Shown here piece after piece: positions 47,657 to 57,043 of a stretch of 64,000 bases of DNA. Under the pieces are notes generated by a model that saw only the letters and a list, made by a program, of their open reading frames with translations, was not told the DNA's origin and made no database searches. This stretch comes from Bdellovibrionota bacterium. GTDB taxonomy: Bacteria; Bdellovibrionota_C; UBA2361. Each line of letters starts with the position of its first letter. Position 1 is the first letter of the stretch. Both the position numbers and the translations under genes were made by a program. Location of the stretch: positions 25,283 through 89,282 of the forward strand of contig JBILDU010000002.1 in assembly GCA_044352465.1 (NCBI GenBank). Reading direction: 5' to 3'.

Positions 47657-49471
47657 CTACCGCAGCCGGTTCAATGCCTCTTCAGCGGCGGCGTGATAGT
47701 GGTTCGATAGCAAGGTCCAGTCGAACATATCGGTAAGCCGTTCAGCTCGGTTGCGTAGCTCGATCCGTTCACGCCGGGTAAGTTGAACAAAGCGGAGAAG
47801 GTACTCAGCGAGCGCATTGATGCTTTCGCCGGGCTGCTTCGTCGAGCGGTCAAGAACGTAGATCCCCCGATCCGCGACGTCTGGCACATGTCGTCGCACA
47901 AAGGTACCGAAACCGCTCAGATCGGTCGTGATGGCGGGGAGTCCAAGCGCGATACACTCGAGCGGGGTGTAGCCCCACGGCTCGTAGGAACTCGGGAAAA
48001 CACCCAAATGGCACCCGCGCACGAACTGGTCGTAGTCGAGCCCGAACAAAGGGCTCGTCGCCGTCATGAAGTCAGGGTGAAAAACCACTTTGACCGGGTC
48101 GCTCGGCGAATTGAACAGGCGACGGTGGCGGAGGTGTTTTAATACCGGGTCATTCGCATCGTCGACGACTTCGTGGGTGACGATGGGCGGCAATCGACTG
48201 GTCTTCATCGTGTGGAGCGCCCGTTTCATCCGGGTCTCAAACTCATCGGGGAGAAGCTCCTCGTAGGAGGGGAGGTGGCCCCGCACGACTGCCGAGAGGA
48301 GTCGTTGCCCCATCTTTGTTTCGGCCTCATTGCAGATCTTTTTGAGATCTTCGAACATCAGGTGGCTTTGCAGCGCGGCGACGTTGATATTTCGGGTCGC
48401 GGCACGGGTGATAATAAATGCCACGACCGTTGGAGGATGCGGGATCTCCTTCAGCATGAGGTTGAGCCGGTGCAGCGCTTCGATGAAAACATCCATGCCT
48501 TTGTTGCGATATTCGTACCGACCGCTGGTGAAAAGGTAGATCGTCCGGTCAAGATCGAACGTGTAGCTCTGGAAGAAGTGACCCATGGTAAACTCGTGGA
48601 TCTTCTCCTTGAACTTGAGATGGAGGTTTTGAAATTCGTGGAGTGCAGTGAACCGTTGAATATTGAGCCCGTTCGGAAGGATGAATTCCGGAGCTCGTCC
48701 AAGGAACTGCTCGGTTTCTCGGGCAGTCACTTCGCTGATCGTCGAGAATACCGTGGCGCACCGTGCCGCGAGTCGCTCGAGGGCGAAGCGGGGGTAGATG
48801 TTGAAATGGGTCGCCATCTTGTCTGGGTCGATATGGGCTAGGTCGCGATAGAAATTCGGGTTATCGCTCGCAATATACCGTCCGAGGAGGGTTGCGTGGG
48901 TTGTGAAGATCGTCCCCATGCGCAAGTGGGTATGAGCGATGCGGGGGATCGCAACTCCAGCCATCCATTCGTGAAAGTGAGCAACGATCGGGCGTTGCGT
49001 CTCTGATTGCAGTAGGGCGTTAAAGAACTCAAACGTACCGAAGCCGAACGCCACGGTATCGTTAACCTCGCCGTCGTTCTCTGGCAGGCTCACTCCGTGA
49101 TCTTTCCACAGGAGATACTTCGCTTTACCGAGATCAACCCCGCGTGACTCCAGGAGGATCACGTTCGGGCGCCCCGTAATAAGCCATCGGCCGGTGTGGG
49201 CGATAATGCCGATCGATTTCAGATGTTCGATTGCGGGCGCCAGCGCTGCTGGAGGTGGGGTCTCTTCAAATTCAACCGCCGCGGCTTGTGCGTTGTACGG
49301 TCCGATAAGAAAATAACGCTCTTGCCATCGAGCGAGCATCGCCGGCACCTTGGTGCGAATGACGGTATAAATACCGCCGATCTGATTGCACACTTCCCAG
49401 GCAACCTCGAAGAAGAGCGGGCTTTGGTTCAAGCTTTCGGGGGAGGGGGGACGTATCGTGGTGGTAGGCAT
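47657..49471 (-). CDS. Glycogen synthase, GT3 (eukaryote-type) family
   Basis: FEVAWEVCNQIGGIYTV, HFHEWMAG, FTTHATLLGRY, HEFQNLH, SGRYEYRNKG, GCHLGVFPSSYEPWGYTPLEC. Confidence 0.93.
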   Translation of the reverse strand: MPTTTIRPPSPESLNQSPLFFEVAWEVCNQIGGIYTVIRTKVPAMLARWQERYFLIGPYNAQAAAVEFEETPPPAALAPAIEHLKSIGIIAHTGRWLITGRPNVILLESRGVDLGKAKYLLWKDHGVSLPENDGEVNDTVAFGFGTFEFFNALLQSETQRPIVAHFHEWMAGVAIPRIAHTHLRMGTIFTTHATLLGRYIASDNPNFYRDLAHIDPDKMATHFNIYPRFALERLAARCATVFSTISEVTARETEQFLGRAPEFILPNGLNIQRFTALHEFQNLHLKFKEKIHEFTMGHFFQSYTFDLDRTIYLFTSGRYEYRNKGMDVFIEALHRLNLMLKEIPHPPTVVAFIITRAATRNINVAALQSHLMFEDLKKICNEAETKMGQRLLSAVVRGHLPSYEELLPDEFETRMKRALHTMKTSRLPPIVTHEVVDDANDPVLKHLRHRRLFNSPSDPVKVVFHPDFMTATSPLFGLDYDQFVRGCHLGVFPSSYEPWGYTPLECIALGLPAITTDLSGFGTFVRRHVPDVADRGIYVLDRSTKQPGESINALAEYLLRFVQLTRRERIELRNRAERLTDMFDWTLLSNHYHAAAEEALNRLR

Positions 49472-49485
49472 GGTGAGCTCTCGTG

Positions 49486-50193
49486 TTAACGCTCCCGCTC
49501 GGCCGCTTCAAGGGTATTGGGGACTTTTGTCTTTAGTTCAACGAGTAGAGACGCTAGCCGGCGCACCTTTTTATCCGGTCCGTTCGCCTCGCTGTAGCGC
49601 GTTGCAAAGAAGTCTTTGGCTGGTTTTGAGCCAGCGATCTCTTGCTTTACCGTGTCGCGACATTTCAAATAGCGGGGGCGTTGAACGCGGGTGAACTCGC
49701 TCGTTGTATTCATGTGAGCGGTGCGGACCAGGAAATTGAGCCGTTTCTCCATGTCGCCCTTCAGCCATGTTTTCCAGAACCGCTCCATTGTAGGACAGAG
49801 CTCGGTGGCACCATTTTTGGCGTTCACCACGTCGATCTCGAGGATTCCATCGAGGACAAGGGGGCAGGCCCCGGAGCGGACAGTGCAGTAGAGGTACACC
49901 CCGACGAGATGGTTTATCGCAGCGTCATTAAGCGGTTGGAGTTGCGCGCTCCCTGTCGTCCGCAAGGTTTCGAGCGTTGCTGAGAAATCGTTGAAGTAAG
50001 CGATAGCTGCGTCTTGTCCGACATCATAAGGGTTTCGCTTTACCGTCGAGGTATCTTCGAGCTCAATCTCGCCGACCTGGGCGCTCGGAGTTTCCCCTTG
50101 CGCTGCAACCGATACGGGATAACTGAGGGGACTCGTCAACGTTGCGGTGAAAACAGCGGAAAGAAACAAATCGATCGGCCGAAACCTTGCCAT
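49486..50193 (-). CDS. Hypothetical exported helical protein with four Cys
   Basis: ORF 49486..50208; likely ATG 50193 with GAGG SD; signal peptide ending VAAQ; 14-bp gap to glycogen synthase. Confidence 0.7.
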   Translation of the reverse strand: MARFRPIDLFLSAVFTATLTSPLSYPVSVAAQGETPSAQVGEIELEDTSTVKRNPYDVGQDAAIAYFNDFSATLETLRTTGSAQLQPLNDAAINHLVGVYLYCTVRSGACPLVLDGILEIDVVNAKNGATELCPTMERFWKTWLKGDMEKRLNFLVRTAHMNTTSEFTRVQRPRYLKCRDTVKQEIAGSKPAKDFFATRYSEANGPDKKVRRLASLLVELKTKVPNTLEAAERER

Positions 50194-50465
50194 ACTTTCG
50201 ATCCTCACACGAGCTTGATCGGTAAAACCGGGTACAACTAAATGTTGTTTTTGTAGCCCTGTAGCGAACTCGCACTAAGCCTCGAAAAGGCCGAAGCCGT
50301 CACTTTTCGAAACTTCGCCCCGCTAGAGTAGGGGCGAGTCATACCTTGAACGGATAGTAGCAGAAACCTGCCCAGAAGGCATTTTTAAATCAGCCCGGTT
50401 CGTTCACGGCGAGCGTCGTTTCTCTTCCGCCGGTGCCGATATCTTCGCGATGCTTGCAGGGCGAA

Positions 50466-51335
50466 TTATGCTTGCGCTTTCGCCGCCTCGTCGAATATCC
50501 GCTGCGGTGGTTCACGGAGATCCCACACGATGCCGAACCAAGAGAGGGCTTTGAGCATATAGTGGGAGATGTCGATCTCCCACCAGTAGAATCCTTGGCG
50601 CTCCGAGCCGGGGTAGCGGTGGTGATTGTTATGCCATCCTTCGCCAAGGGTTAAGAGAGCGAGGATCAGGCTGTTCTTGCTCTCATCCGTTGTTTTGAAA
50701 CGGCGTCGTCCCATGAGGTGGGCTGCTGAGTTGATGAGGAAGGTGCCATGATAGAGGAGTGTCGTGCTGACGAAGAAACCCCACACAAGGAGTTGAAATC
50801 CATCGGTACCAAGGGATGGGTAGGCTGCGCCCAGAAAGTTGCCGAAGTAAAATAGAAAGACCGCCAAAGCGACCGGAGCAACGAGGTGCCACTCGTCGAG
50901 CCACCGCAGCTCCGGGAACTTTAAAAAGTCACGGATAAGTTCGGGGCGGCCCGAAACGAATTCGGAGCATAGCACCCACCCAACGTGGGCGTGCCACACC
51001 CCGTAAATGTGGGGAGCGTGCATGTCCTCAGCTGTGTCTGAGTGTTGGTGGTGGTGGCGGTGATGTGAGGCCCACCACAGAGGTCCCTTTTGGGCTGAGG
51101 AGCAGCCGAGAAAGGCGAGCAAAAACTGAAAGAGTCGACTCGTCTTGTAAGAGCGATGAGAGAAATAGCGATGGTATCCGCCAGTGATAGCGAACATCCG
51201 AATAACGTAAAGAAAGAGGCAAACTCCGAGAGCGAACCAGCTAAATCCCGCCCAGATGACCAGGAGGCAGGCGAGATGAACGCCCCAAAAGACCCACTGC
51301 TTTAGAACATTTATCGCGCTTGTCTGACCTTCCAT
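50466..51335 (-). CDS. Acyl-CoA delta-9-type fatty acid desaturase
   Basis: His boxes HRYFSH, HHRHHH and HNNHH; QKGPLWWA; INSAAH; TM segments. Confidence 0.95.
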   Translation of the reverse strand: MEGQTSAINVLKQWVFWGVHLACLLVIWAGFSWFALGVCLFLYVIRMFAITGGYHRYFSHRSYKTSRLFQFLLAFLGCSSAQKGPLWWASHHRHHHQHSDTAEDMHAPHIYGVWHAHVGWVLCSEFVSGRPELIRDFLKFPELRWLDEWHLVAPVALAVFLFYFGNFLGAAYPSLGTDGFQLLVWGFFVSTTLLYHGTFLINSAAHLMGRRRFKTTDESKNSLILALLTLGEGWHNNHHRYPGSERQGFYWWEIDISHYMLKALSWFGIVWDLREPPQRIFDEAAKAQA

Positions 51336-51558
51336 AACCTCGCCACTTTCTTCGTCCAAAGACCCTCTCCGGGTCTGTTACTAAGCCTCGTAGTTGTATC
51401 TCGACCGAACCACCGTTGCAAACGGGTGCGTTCGTAGGGGGCGCGCTAGAATTAAATTCGGGAGCGAGGCGCGCTATGATGCGAATCAAATATAGAAAAA
51501 AATCCCATTTGCCTCAGTTAGTTGGACCTTCTCGGAGGGGTGTCCGGTGAGGCTCAGT

Positions 51559-51588
51559 TTGACAAACGCAACACGGTTGCGCTATTTT
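51559..51588 (+). promoter_or_regulatory. Promoter with an embedded palindromic operator (candidate Fur/Zur box)
   Basis: TTGACA (51559) ... CGCAAC-ACG-GTTGCG (51567-51581) ... TATTTT (51583), 6 nt before ATG 51595. Confidence 0.6.
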
Positions 51589-51594
51589 CTCGGA

Positions 51595-51987
51595 ATGAAT
51601 CGAGAGTTAAACATTTTAAACAACGTCGATCGAGTCGGGGCTGTCGTCTCGTTTGCGTGTGCGGTGCACTGTCTTGCCCTCCCGTTGTGTCTCTCGATCC
51701 TCCCGCTCCTCGGCCTTGGCTTCCTCGCGAGCGAAGGATTCGAGGTTGGCATGATTGGGTTCGCGCTTCTTTTCGCTACCTTGAGTCTTTGTTGGGGGAG
51801 TCGAGTTCACGGGCGTAAACATCTTTTCGCTTTTATCGCGGTGGCCCTGGTGCTCTTCTCCGCTGCGCACGAATTCGGCCACGACGTGGGGCACTCAATC
51901 CTGATGGGGTTGGGTGGCCTCCTCCTCGCGAGCGCTCACATTCTTAACCGCCGCCTCTGCAAATCTTGCAATTCGTGTAACTGCTAA
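51595..51987 (+). CDS. MerC-domain membrane protein
   Basis: DRVGAVVSFACAVHCLALP motif, four TMs, AHILNRRLC and C-terminal CKSCNSCNC. Confidence 0.85.
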   Translation: MNRELNILNNVDRVGAVVSFACAVHCLALPLCLSILPLLGLGFLASEGFEVGMIGFALLFATLSLCWGSRVHGRKHLFAFIAVALVLFSAAHEFGHDVGHSILMGLGGLLLASAHILNRRLCKSCNSCNC

Positions 51988-52134
51988 ACTCTCGTTCGCT
52001 TTTCTGAAGCCTGCGAATGCCCTGAGCGACCGAAGGAGGTTGAAGGGCTTCTTCTGGTTCGAATTGGTTCCCACCATGTCCGGGAACCAAGTCCAAGGGT
52101 AGAAAGTCTCTTTGAAAATGACCGTGGCGGCAGC

Positions 52135-52566
52135 TTATGAGCCCCGACAACGACCACAGAGCCCGACAAATTCGAGGGTGTGATTTAATACTTTGAAGTC
52201 GTGGCTCCGCAGAATCTGGGCCTCGATTTCATCGAGATCGTGCCCCATTTCGATGCACTGAATCGAGCGGCACTTAAGGCAGATCATGTGGTGGTGGTGG
52301 TCCGATTCGTCGAGGATTTCGTACCGCTTCATCCCCTCGAGGAGGTCAACTTCCCGTACGATGCGCTTTCCAAGGAGAAAGTGAAGCTCCCGGTATACGG
52401 TTGTTTTGTTGACCTCGAGCGACCGGCGCTTGAGTCCGGTGATGAGTTCCGCCGCGGATATCGGACCTTTATGCCGGCATAAGATCTCAACGACAGCGCG
52501 GCGCACCTGGGTCATCCGGCTTCCGTCGGTCTTTAGTTTGTCGAGGATCTCTTTCGGCTCACTCAC
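52135..52566 (-). CDS. Fur-family transcriptional regulator (Zur-like)
   Basis: RMTQVRRAV, TTVYREL, HHHHMICLKC, GLCGRC. Confidence 0.92.
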   Translation of the reverse strand: MSEPKEILDKLKTDGSRMTQVRRAVVEILCRHKGPISAAELITGLKRRSLEVNKTTVYRELHFLLGKRIVREVDLLEGMKRYEILDESDHHHHMICLKCRSIQCIEMGHDLDEIEAQILRSHDFKVLNHTLEFVGLCGRCRGS

Positions 52567-52681
52567 ACAACGACGGTACCAGACTTTCGGTGGGAACGTA
52601 AATCATCGTTTCCTGAGCGGGTTGATCGATCAAGTTTTTGTGAGTGCGCCGAATGCGCGGGGTGTTAAAAGCCTTTTATCT

Positions 52682-54217
52682 TTACACCTGACGGCCTCGA
52701 GCAAACGTTCGCAGGTCCGTTAAGAGTTCGGTGTCGGTAATGATCCGGGGGACTTTGTGTTGGCCGCCGAGTTTACCCCGTGATTTCATCCATTCGCGGA
52801 AGGTCCCGGATTGAACGACGAGGATGGTGGGGGCGTCGAGGCCAAAACCCTCGGCCCGGTGGGCTTGGTAGTCGTCGTTCCTTTCTTGGAGTTTCCGGTC
52901 GAGCGCGGTGGTAAAAACGGAAATTTGCTCCGTCGTCGGGGGGTCGCCAGCAAACTCAATAACGTAGATATGCCGACCGAGCCCTCCTGTCTCGGCTGGG
53001 AATAAGGCCCCAACGGAGTAGTCCGCTACGACCGCTGCGATCGAGTTGGCAGCAGTGGTGATTCCGTCGTCGATCTCCTCCGCGATCAGGTGTTCACCGA
53101 AAGCTGAGAGGTAGTAGGCGGTTCTTCCCGTGATGAGAATTCGGGGTGGGGTGCGATCAATGAACCGTACCGTATCACCGATGACGTAGGACCACATGCC
53201 GGCGCAGGTGGAGAGTACGATTGCGTAGTTCACCCCGAGTTCAACATTCTCAATCCAATGACGGGTCGGGTTCGGTGCGTTGAGCTCTTCGAGTGGCACG
53301 AACTCATAAAATATCCCGTGATCAAGCATGACTCGAAGCCCTTCACCTGAACCTCTATCGGCGAGAGCGATAAAACCCTCACTCGCTGGATAAACCTCCC
53401 GTAATTCGGCGTGACTTCCTGCCAAGATATCCTCGAATTGCTTCCGGTATGGGGCGAAATTGACCCCACCGTGAACAAGCATTTCGAGGTTGGGATAAAA
53501 AGAAGCGACCCGGTCGCTCGCCCCGGGCACGAGTTCTTGCATCTTCTTCATGAAGATGAGGAGCCAGGCTGGTACGCCACTTAACATCGTGATGTTTTCC
53601 TGGAGCGAGGCGCGGGCCATGGTGTCGATCTTCTCCTCCCAATCTTTGATAAGGGCGAGAGTCGCGGGGGGGAAATAGCGGATTTTCGCCCACAAGGGGA
53701 GCGTCTTGGCGCTAATACCGCTTAAGTCACCACTAAGAATGCCGGGTGCCTCAGAGACGAGATCGGTGCTACCACCTAGGAAAAAAGAGCGTCCACTGAG
53801 CAGTCGACTTTTGGGGCGGTTGAGGACGTGGTGGACGAGGAGATCGGTGCCCGCTTTGGCGTTCGAACGGATCATCTCGGGGGAGACGGGGAGATATTTT
53901 GTTTTGCCGGAGCTCGTCCCTGAGCTTACAGCGAAGAACTTAATCGGGGTTGGCCAAGAAATATTGTCAAAGCGCGGATAGGCCCCTTTCCAATATTCGT
54001 CCCACATCTCGGTGTAGGTTCGGAGGCGCACCCGCTCTTGAAAGTCTGCAACGGAGCGAATCGTCCCGAAATCATGGTCTCGACCGAAGTTGGTGTTGGC
54101 CGCTTTGCGAACAAGGGCGAGCAGTTGCGCCTCCTGAACGGCAGCGTAATTTTGAGTTGCCAAGATACGGCTGCGCCGAGCGGCCACGAGTCGAAGGATC
54201 GGAGTAGCATTCAACAT
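52682..54217 (-). CDS. GH3 acyl-adenylate/amido-synthetase family protein
   Basis: SSGTSSGKTKYLP, GDLSGI, HGGVNF, YPASEGF, YVIGDTV, GGQHKVPR. Confidence 0.9.
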   Translation of the reverse strand: MLNATPILRLVAARRSRILATQNYAAVQEAQLLALVRKAANTNFGRDHDFGTIRSVADFQERVRLRTYTEMWDEYWKGAYPRFDNISWPTPIKFFAVSSGTSSGKTKYLPVSPEMIRSNAKAGTDLLVHHVLNRPKSRLLSGRSFFLGGSTDLVSEAPGILSGDLSGISAKTLPLWAKIRYFPPATLALIKDWEEKIDTMARASLQENITMLSGVPAWLLIFMKKMQELVPGASDRVASFYPNLEMLVHGGVNFAPYRKQFEDILAGSHAELREVYPASEGFIALADRGSGEGLRVMLDHGIFYEFVPLEELNAPNPTRHWIENVELGVNYAIVLSTCAGMWSYVIGDTVRFIDRTPPRILITGRTAYYLSAFGEHLIAEEIDDGITTAANSIAAVVADYSVGALFPAETGGLGRHIYVIEFAGDPPTTEQISVFTTALDRKLQERNDDYQAHRAEGFGLDAPTILVVQSGTFREWMKSRGKLGGQHKVPRIITDTELLTDLRTFARGRQV

Positions 54218-54396
54218 ACGGGCTATAATTCACAATCTAACCCGTGTGTGGCAAGAGTCGTGGGCGGTTAAGGATTGCGCCTCTGTTCGGGCCCTTTCAC
54301 GCGCGAATAGACGTGTTCAATCCTAAAAAAGGACCGGAAATCCTTTTTCACAATCCTGCGTGAAAGACGACGACAGCCCGCGGCCTATAAAACGCC

Positions 54397-54645
54397 CTAT
54401 AAAACGGCAGCGTGAGCGTCCCGAGCGATCACCGAACCGGGAGCACCGAGATAGAGAATGACCGCCTCGGGTTCAGCGGCAGAACCTTGGATCTTCTTCA
54501 TGAGCTCGGCCCTATCGGAGGCGTGGTGACGAACCCGACCCGCACTTGGGGTGGGCTTATTCCAATCCCACTCGACGTTGACGAGTTCAACCCATTCACC
54601 TTCGTACATCTCTTTAATGTGCGACCAGGATAATCGAGCAGTCAT
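54397..54645 (-). CDS. Small hypothetical protein (about 82 aa; DUF5678-like appearance)
   Basis: GGGG SD before ATG 54645; RLSWSHIKEMYEGEWV...GRVRHHASDRAEL...ILYLG pattern. Confidence 0.55.
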   Translation of the reverse strand: MTARLSWSHIKEMYEGEWVELVNVEWDWNKPTPSAGRVRHHASDRAELMKKIQGSAAEPEAVILYLGAPGSVIARDAHAAVL

Positions 54646-54922
54646 AGTCCCCAAGGCTGTTTTACTGTTTGGCGAGACATCGACATGGTACCTGAGATCG
54701 TGAAACCTATGCAATTTTTTTTGAAGGCTCTCCCGGGCCATTTCAGGCGGTGCCACCCCCGCCACCGTTGTTTCAATTGCTTTCACTATATCGTGGTGGC
54801 ACTATCACCATTGGGCAAATAATTTGTCATAACCTCTCTATTTTCGACATGATCGAGCGTGGTCACTGTCGTTCCTCGAAGTGGTTTCAAAACTATTTCC
54901 AGAGGGGTGCCAAGGTTAAGGT

Positions 54923-56236
54923 ATGAAGAAAATCGGCAAGATATCAGGCTTCCCTGAATGGCTTCCCGAGCAGCGGCTCATCGAGGAGGAGGTCATCAAC
55001 ACCATTCGGGGTATCTATCGTAGCCACGGCTTTACCCCGATTGAGACACCCGCGGTGGAGCTTTTGACGACCCTTCTCTCTCAGGGGGTCGTCGATAAAG
55101 AGATCTTCGTTTTACGACGGGCTCAGGACGATGGTAGTGGCGAGGCGGAGCTCGGGCTCCACTTCGACTTGACGGTGCCTTTCGCCCGTTATGTCGCGCA
55201 GCACTTCGGGGCCCTCCAATTCCCCTTCAAGCGCTACCAGCTTCAAAAGGTATGGCGCGGGGATCGCCCGCAAAAGGGGCGTTTCCGCGAATTCTACCAA
55301 TTCGATATCGATATCGTTGCCCAAGAAAGCCTGCCGATAGCGTGCGACGCGGAGGTATTTACGGTGCTCGATAAAGCGTTTGTGGCTCTCGGGATCGGAG
55401 CGCACGAGCTCAAGATGAACAGCCGCAAAATTCTCCTCGGATTTTATGCGGCTCTGGGGCTTTCTGAAGAGGCGCAACGCAAAGCGGTGGTCGCAGTCGA
55501 TAAGATAGCGAAGATCGGGCCGGACGGTGTTCGTACGGAGCTTGAGCGCGAAGCGGGTATCAGTGGGGCGGTGGCCACCCGAATCATCGAGTATGCCGGG
55601 CTACGCCTTACCCCGGAGAATTTCGCGGAAAAGCTTCGCGGATTTGGGGTGAGCTCAGAGCAACTAGAGGCGGGTATCGTTGAATTAGCGGCCCTTTTTG
55701 CCCTGCTGCCTGCGGCGACGCGGGGGCGAATCGTCGTGGATCTGAGCCTGGCCCGAGGACTCGCCTACTACACGGGGGCGATCTGTGAGGTCCACCTCAC
55801 CGATTTTCCCGAATTTGGCTCAGTCGGGGGAGGCGGGCGATATGAGAATTTGACTCAGGATTTCGTGGCGCGAAAGCTCCCTGCTGTCGGGGCATCGATC
55901 GGACTCAGCCGGCTGATGGACCTCATCTTTACCCACCATTTGAAGACCACATCGAAGAGGTGTCCGACCGATGTCGTGATCGCGGTGTATAACGATGAGC
56001 AGCGCCCTCGATGTAATGCGGTAGCCGAGGAGCTCCGTAGCGCGGGTATGAACGTAGAGGTGTATTTCACCGCGGCGAAGCTCGGGAAACAGATCGATTA
56101 CGCTGCCGGGAAGGGAATACCTTTTGTTCTTTTTATTCACCCAGAGAGCGGTGCAATCGAGGTGCGGAATCTGTCGACGCGGGAGCAGCAGCCGGTGACG
56201 GATCTGGCTCTGTGGGCCAGCGGGATGCCGAGGTAA
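54923..56236 (+). CDS. hisS: Histidine--tRNA ligase
   Basis: SGFPEWLP, FDLTVPFARY, RGDRPQKGRFREFYQFDID, LARGLAYYTG, GGGRYENL, SIGLSRL, anticodon-binding domain. Confidence 0.96.
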   Translation: MKKIGKISGFPEWLPEQRLIEEEVINTIRGIYRSHGFTPIETPAVELLTTLLSQGVVDKEIFVLRRAQDDGSGEAELGLHFDLTVPFARYVAQHFGALQFPFKRYQLQKVWRGDRPQKGRFREFYQFDIDIVAQESLPIACDAEVFTVLDKAFVALGIGAHELKMNSRKILLGFYAALGLSEEAQRKAVVAVDKIAKIGPDGVRTELEREAGISGAVATRIIEYAGLRLTPENFAEKLRGFGVSSEQLEAGIVELAALFALLPAATRGRIVVDLSLARGLAYYTGAICEVHLTDFPEFGSVGGGGRYENLTQDFVARKLPAVGASIGLSRLMDLIFTHHLKTTSKRCPTDVVIAVYNDEQRPRCNAVAEELRSAGMNVEVYFTAAKLGKQIDYAAGKGIPFVLFIHPESGAIEVRNLSTREQQPVTDLALWASGMPR

Positions 56237-56640
56237 TGTACCGCGAACTGAGCCTCAAGACTGCGGGGAGCGGCCTCTACCTCATGACCGCAGAGGTTGA
56301 GCGGGTCGTGGCAGCCGCGGCGTGTGATGAGGCGATCTGCACCGTCTTTATTCAACACACCTCAGCGAGCCTCGTCATCCAAGAGAACGCGGACCCCTCA
56401 GCAAAGCGCGATTTAGAGAAATGGCTCGACCGACTCGTACCGGAGCGGGACCCCCTCTATACCCATACCGCTGAGGGGCCCGATGATATGCCCTCACATA
56501 TTAAAGCGATATTAACCCAGAGTTCGCTCGCGATTCCGATCGTTGATGGTCGGCTTACCCTTGGCACCTGGCAGGGCATTTACCTGTGGGAGCATCGCCG
56601 CGAGCCGCACCGACGCTGCGTGGGGGTCATGGTGCGGTAA
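56236..56640 (+). CDS. yjbQ: YjbQ family (secondary thiamine-phosphate synthase-like) protein
   Basis: HTSASLVIQENADP, HTAEGPDDMPSHIK, LGTWQGIYLWEHR; ATG overlaps the hisS TAA. Confidence 0.92.
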   Translation: MYRELSLKTAGSGLYLMTAEVERVVAAAACDEAICTVFIQHTSASLVIQENADPSAKRDLEKWLDRLVPERDPLYTHTAEGPDDMPSHIKAILTQSSLAIPIVDGRLTLGTWQGIYLWEHRREPHRRCVGVMVR

Positions 56641-57043
56641 CATTTCGCCCGAGTGATGCGGTCGCTCAGGCGACTTTGCTCAGAGGGCTCGACTGAGACC
56701 GAGAGTCGACTCGGCTTGGTGCAGGCGAGTGCAAAAAAAATAGCTCCCAGTTTTTATTGATGGAATTTGATACCTCGTACCTTCGGTGTTGCCGTGTTGT
56801 CGATGAGCCAAAGCCCTTGGAGCGATCTTTACATGGGGAGGGCTTATTAAAAAAATCGACGAGGCCATCATCAGCGGTAACTGACAGAGCGCATAAAGTC
56901 TCCTGAGGGAGTGGATTACCTTAAACCGGATTATACCGCGGGTGACTCCCGTGTGCGCATTCGGCGAAGGCCGATGGTAGAGCGCGAGTAACTTCGTTAC
57001 CCACGCTCACCCAGTGTAAGCCGTCTAATCGATTGGGGGTGTG

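Noticed and set aside
50315..50337. TCGCCCC/GGGGCGA hairpin as the desaturase terminator
   Set aside because: 7-bp stem, poor U-tract and about 130 nt from the stop; too weak to call.
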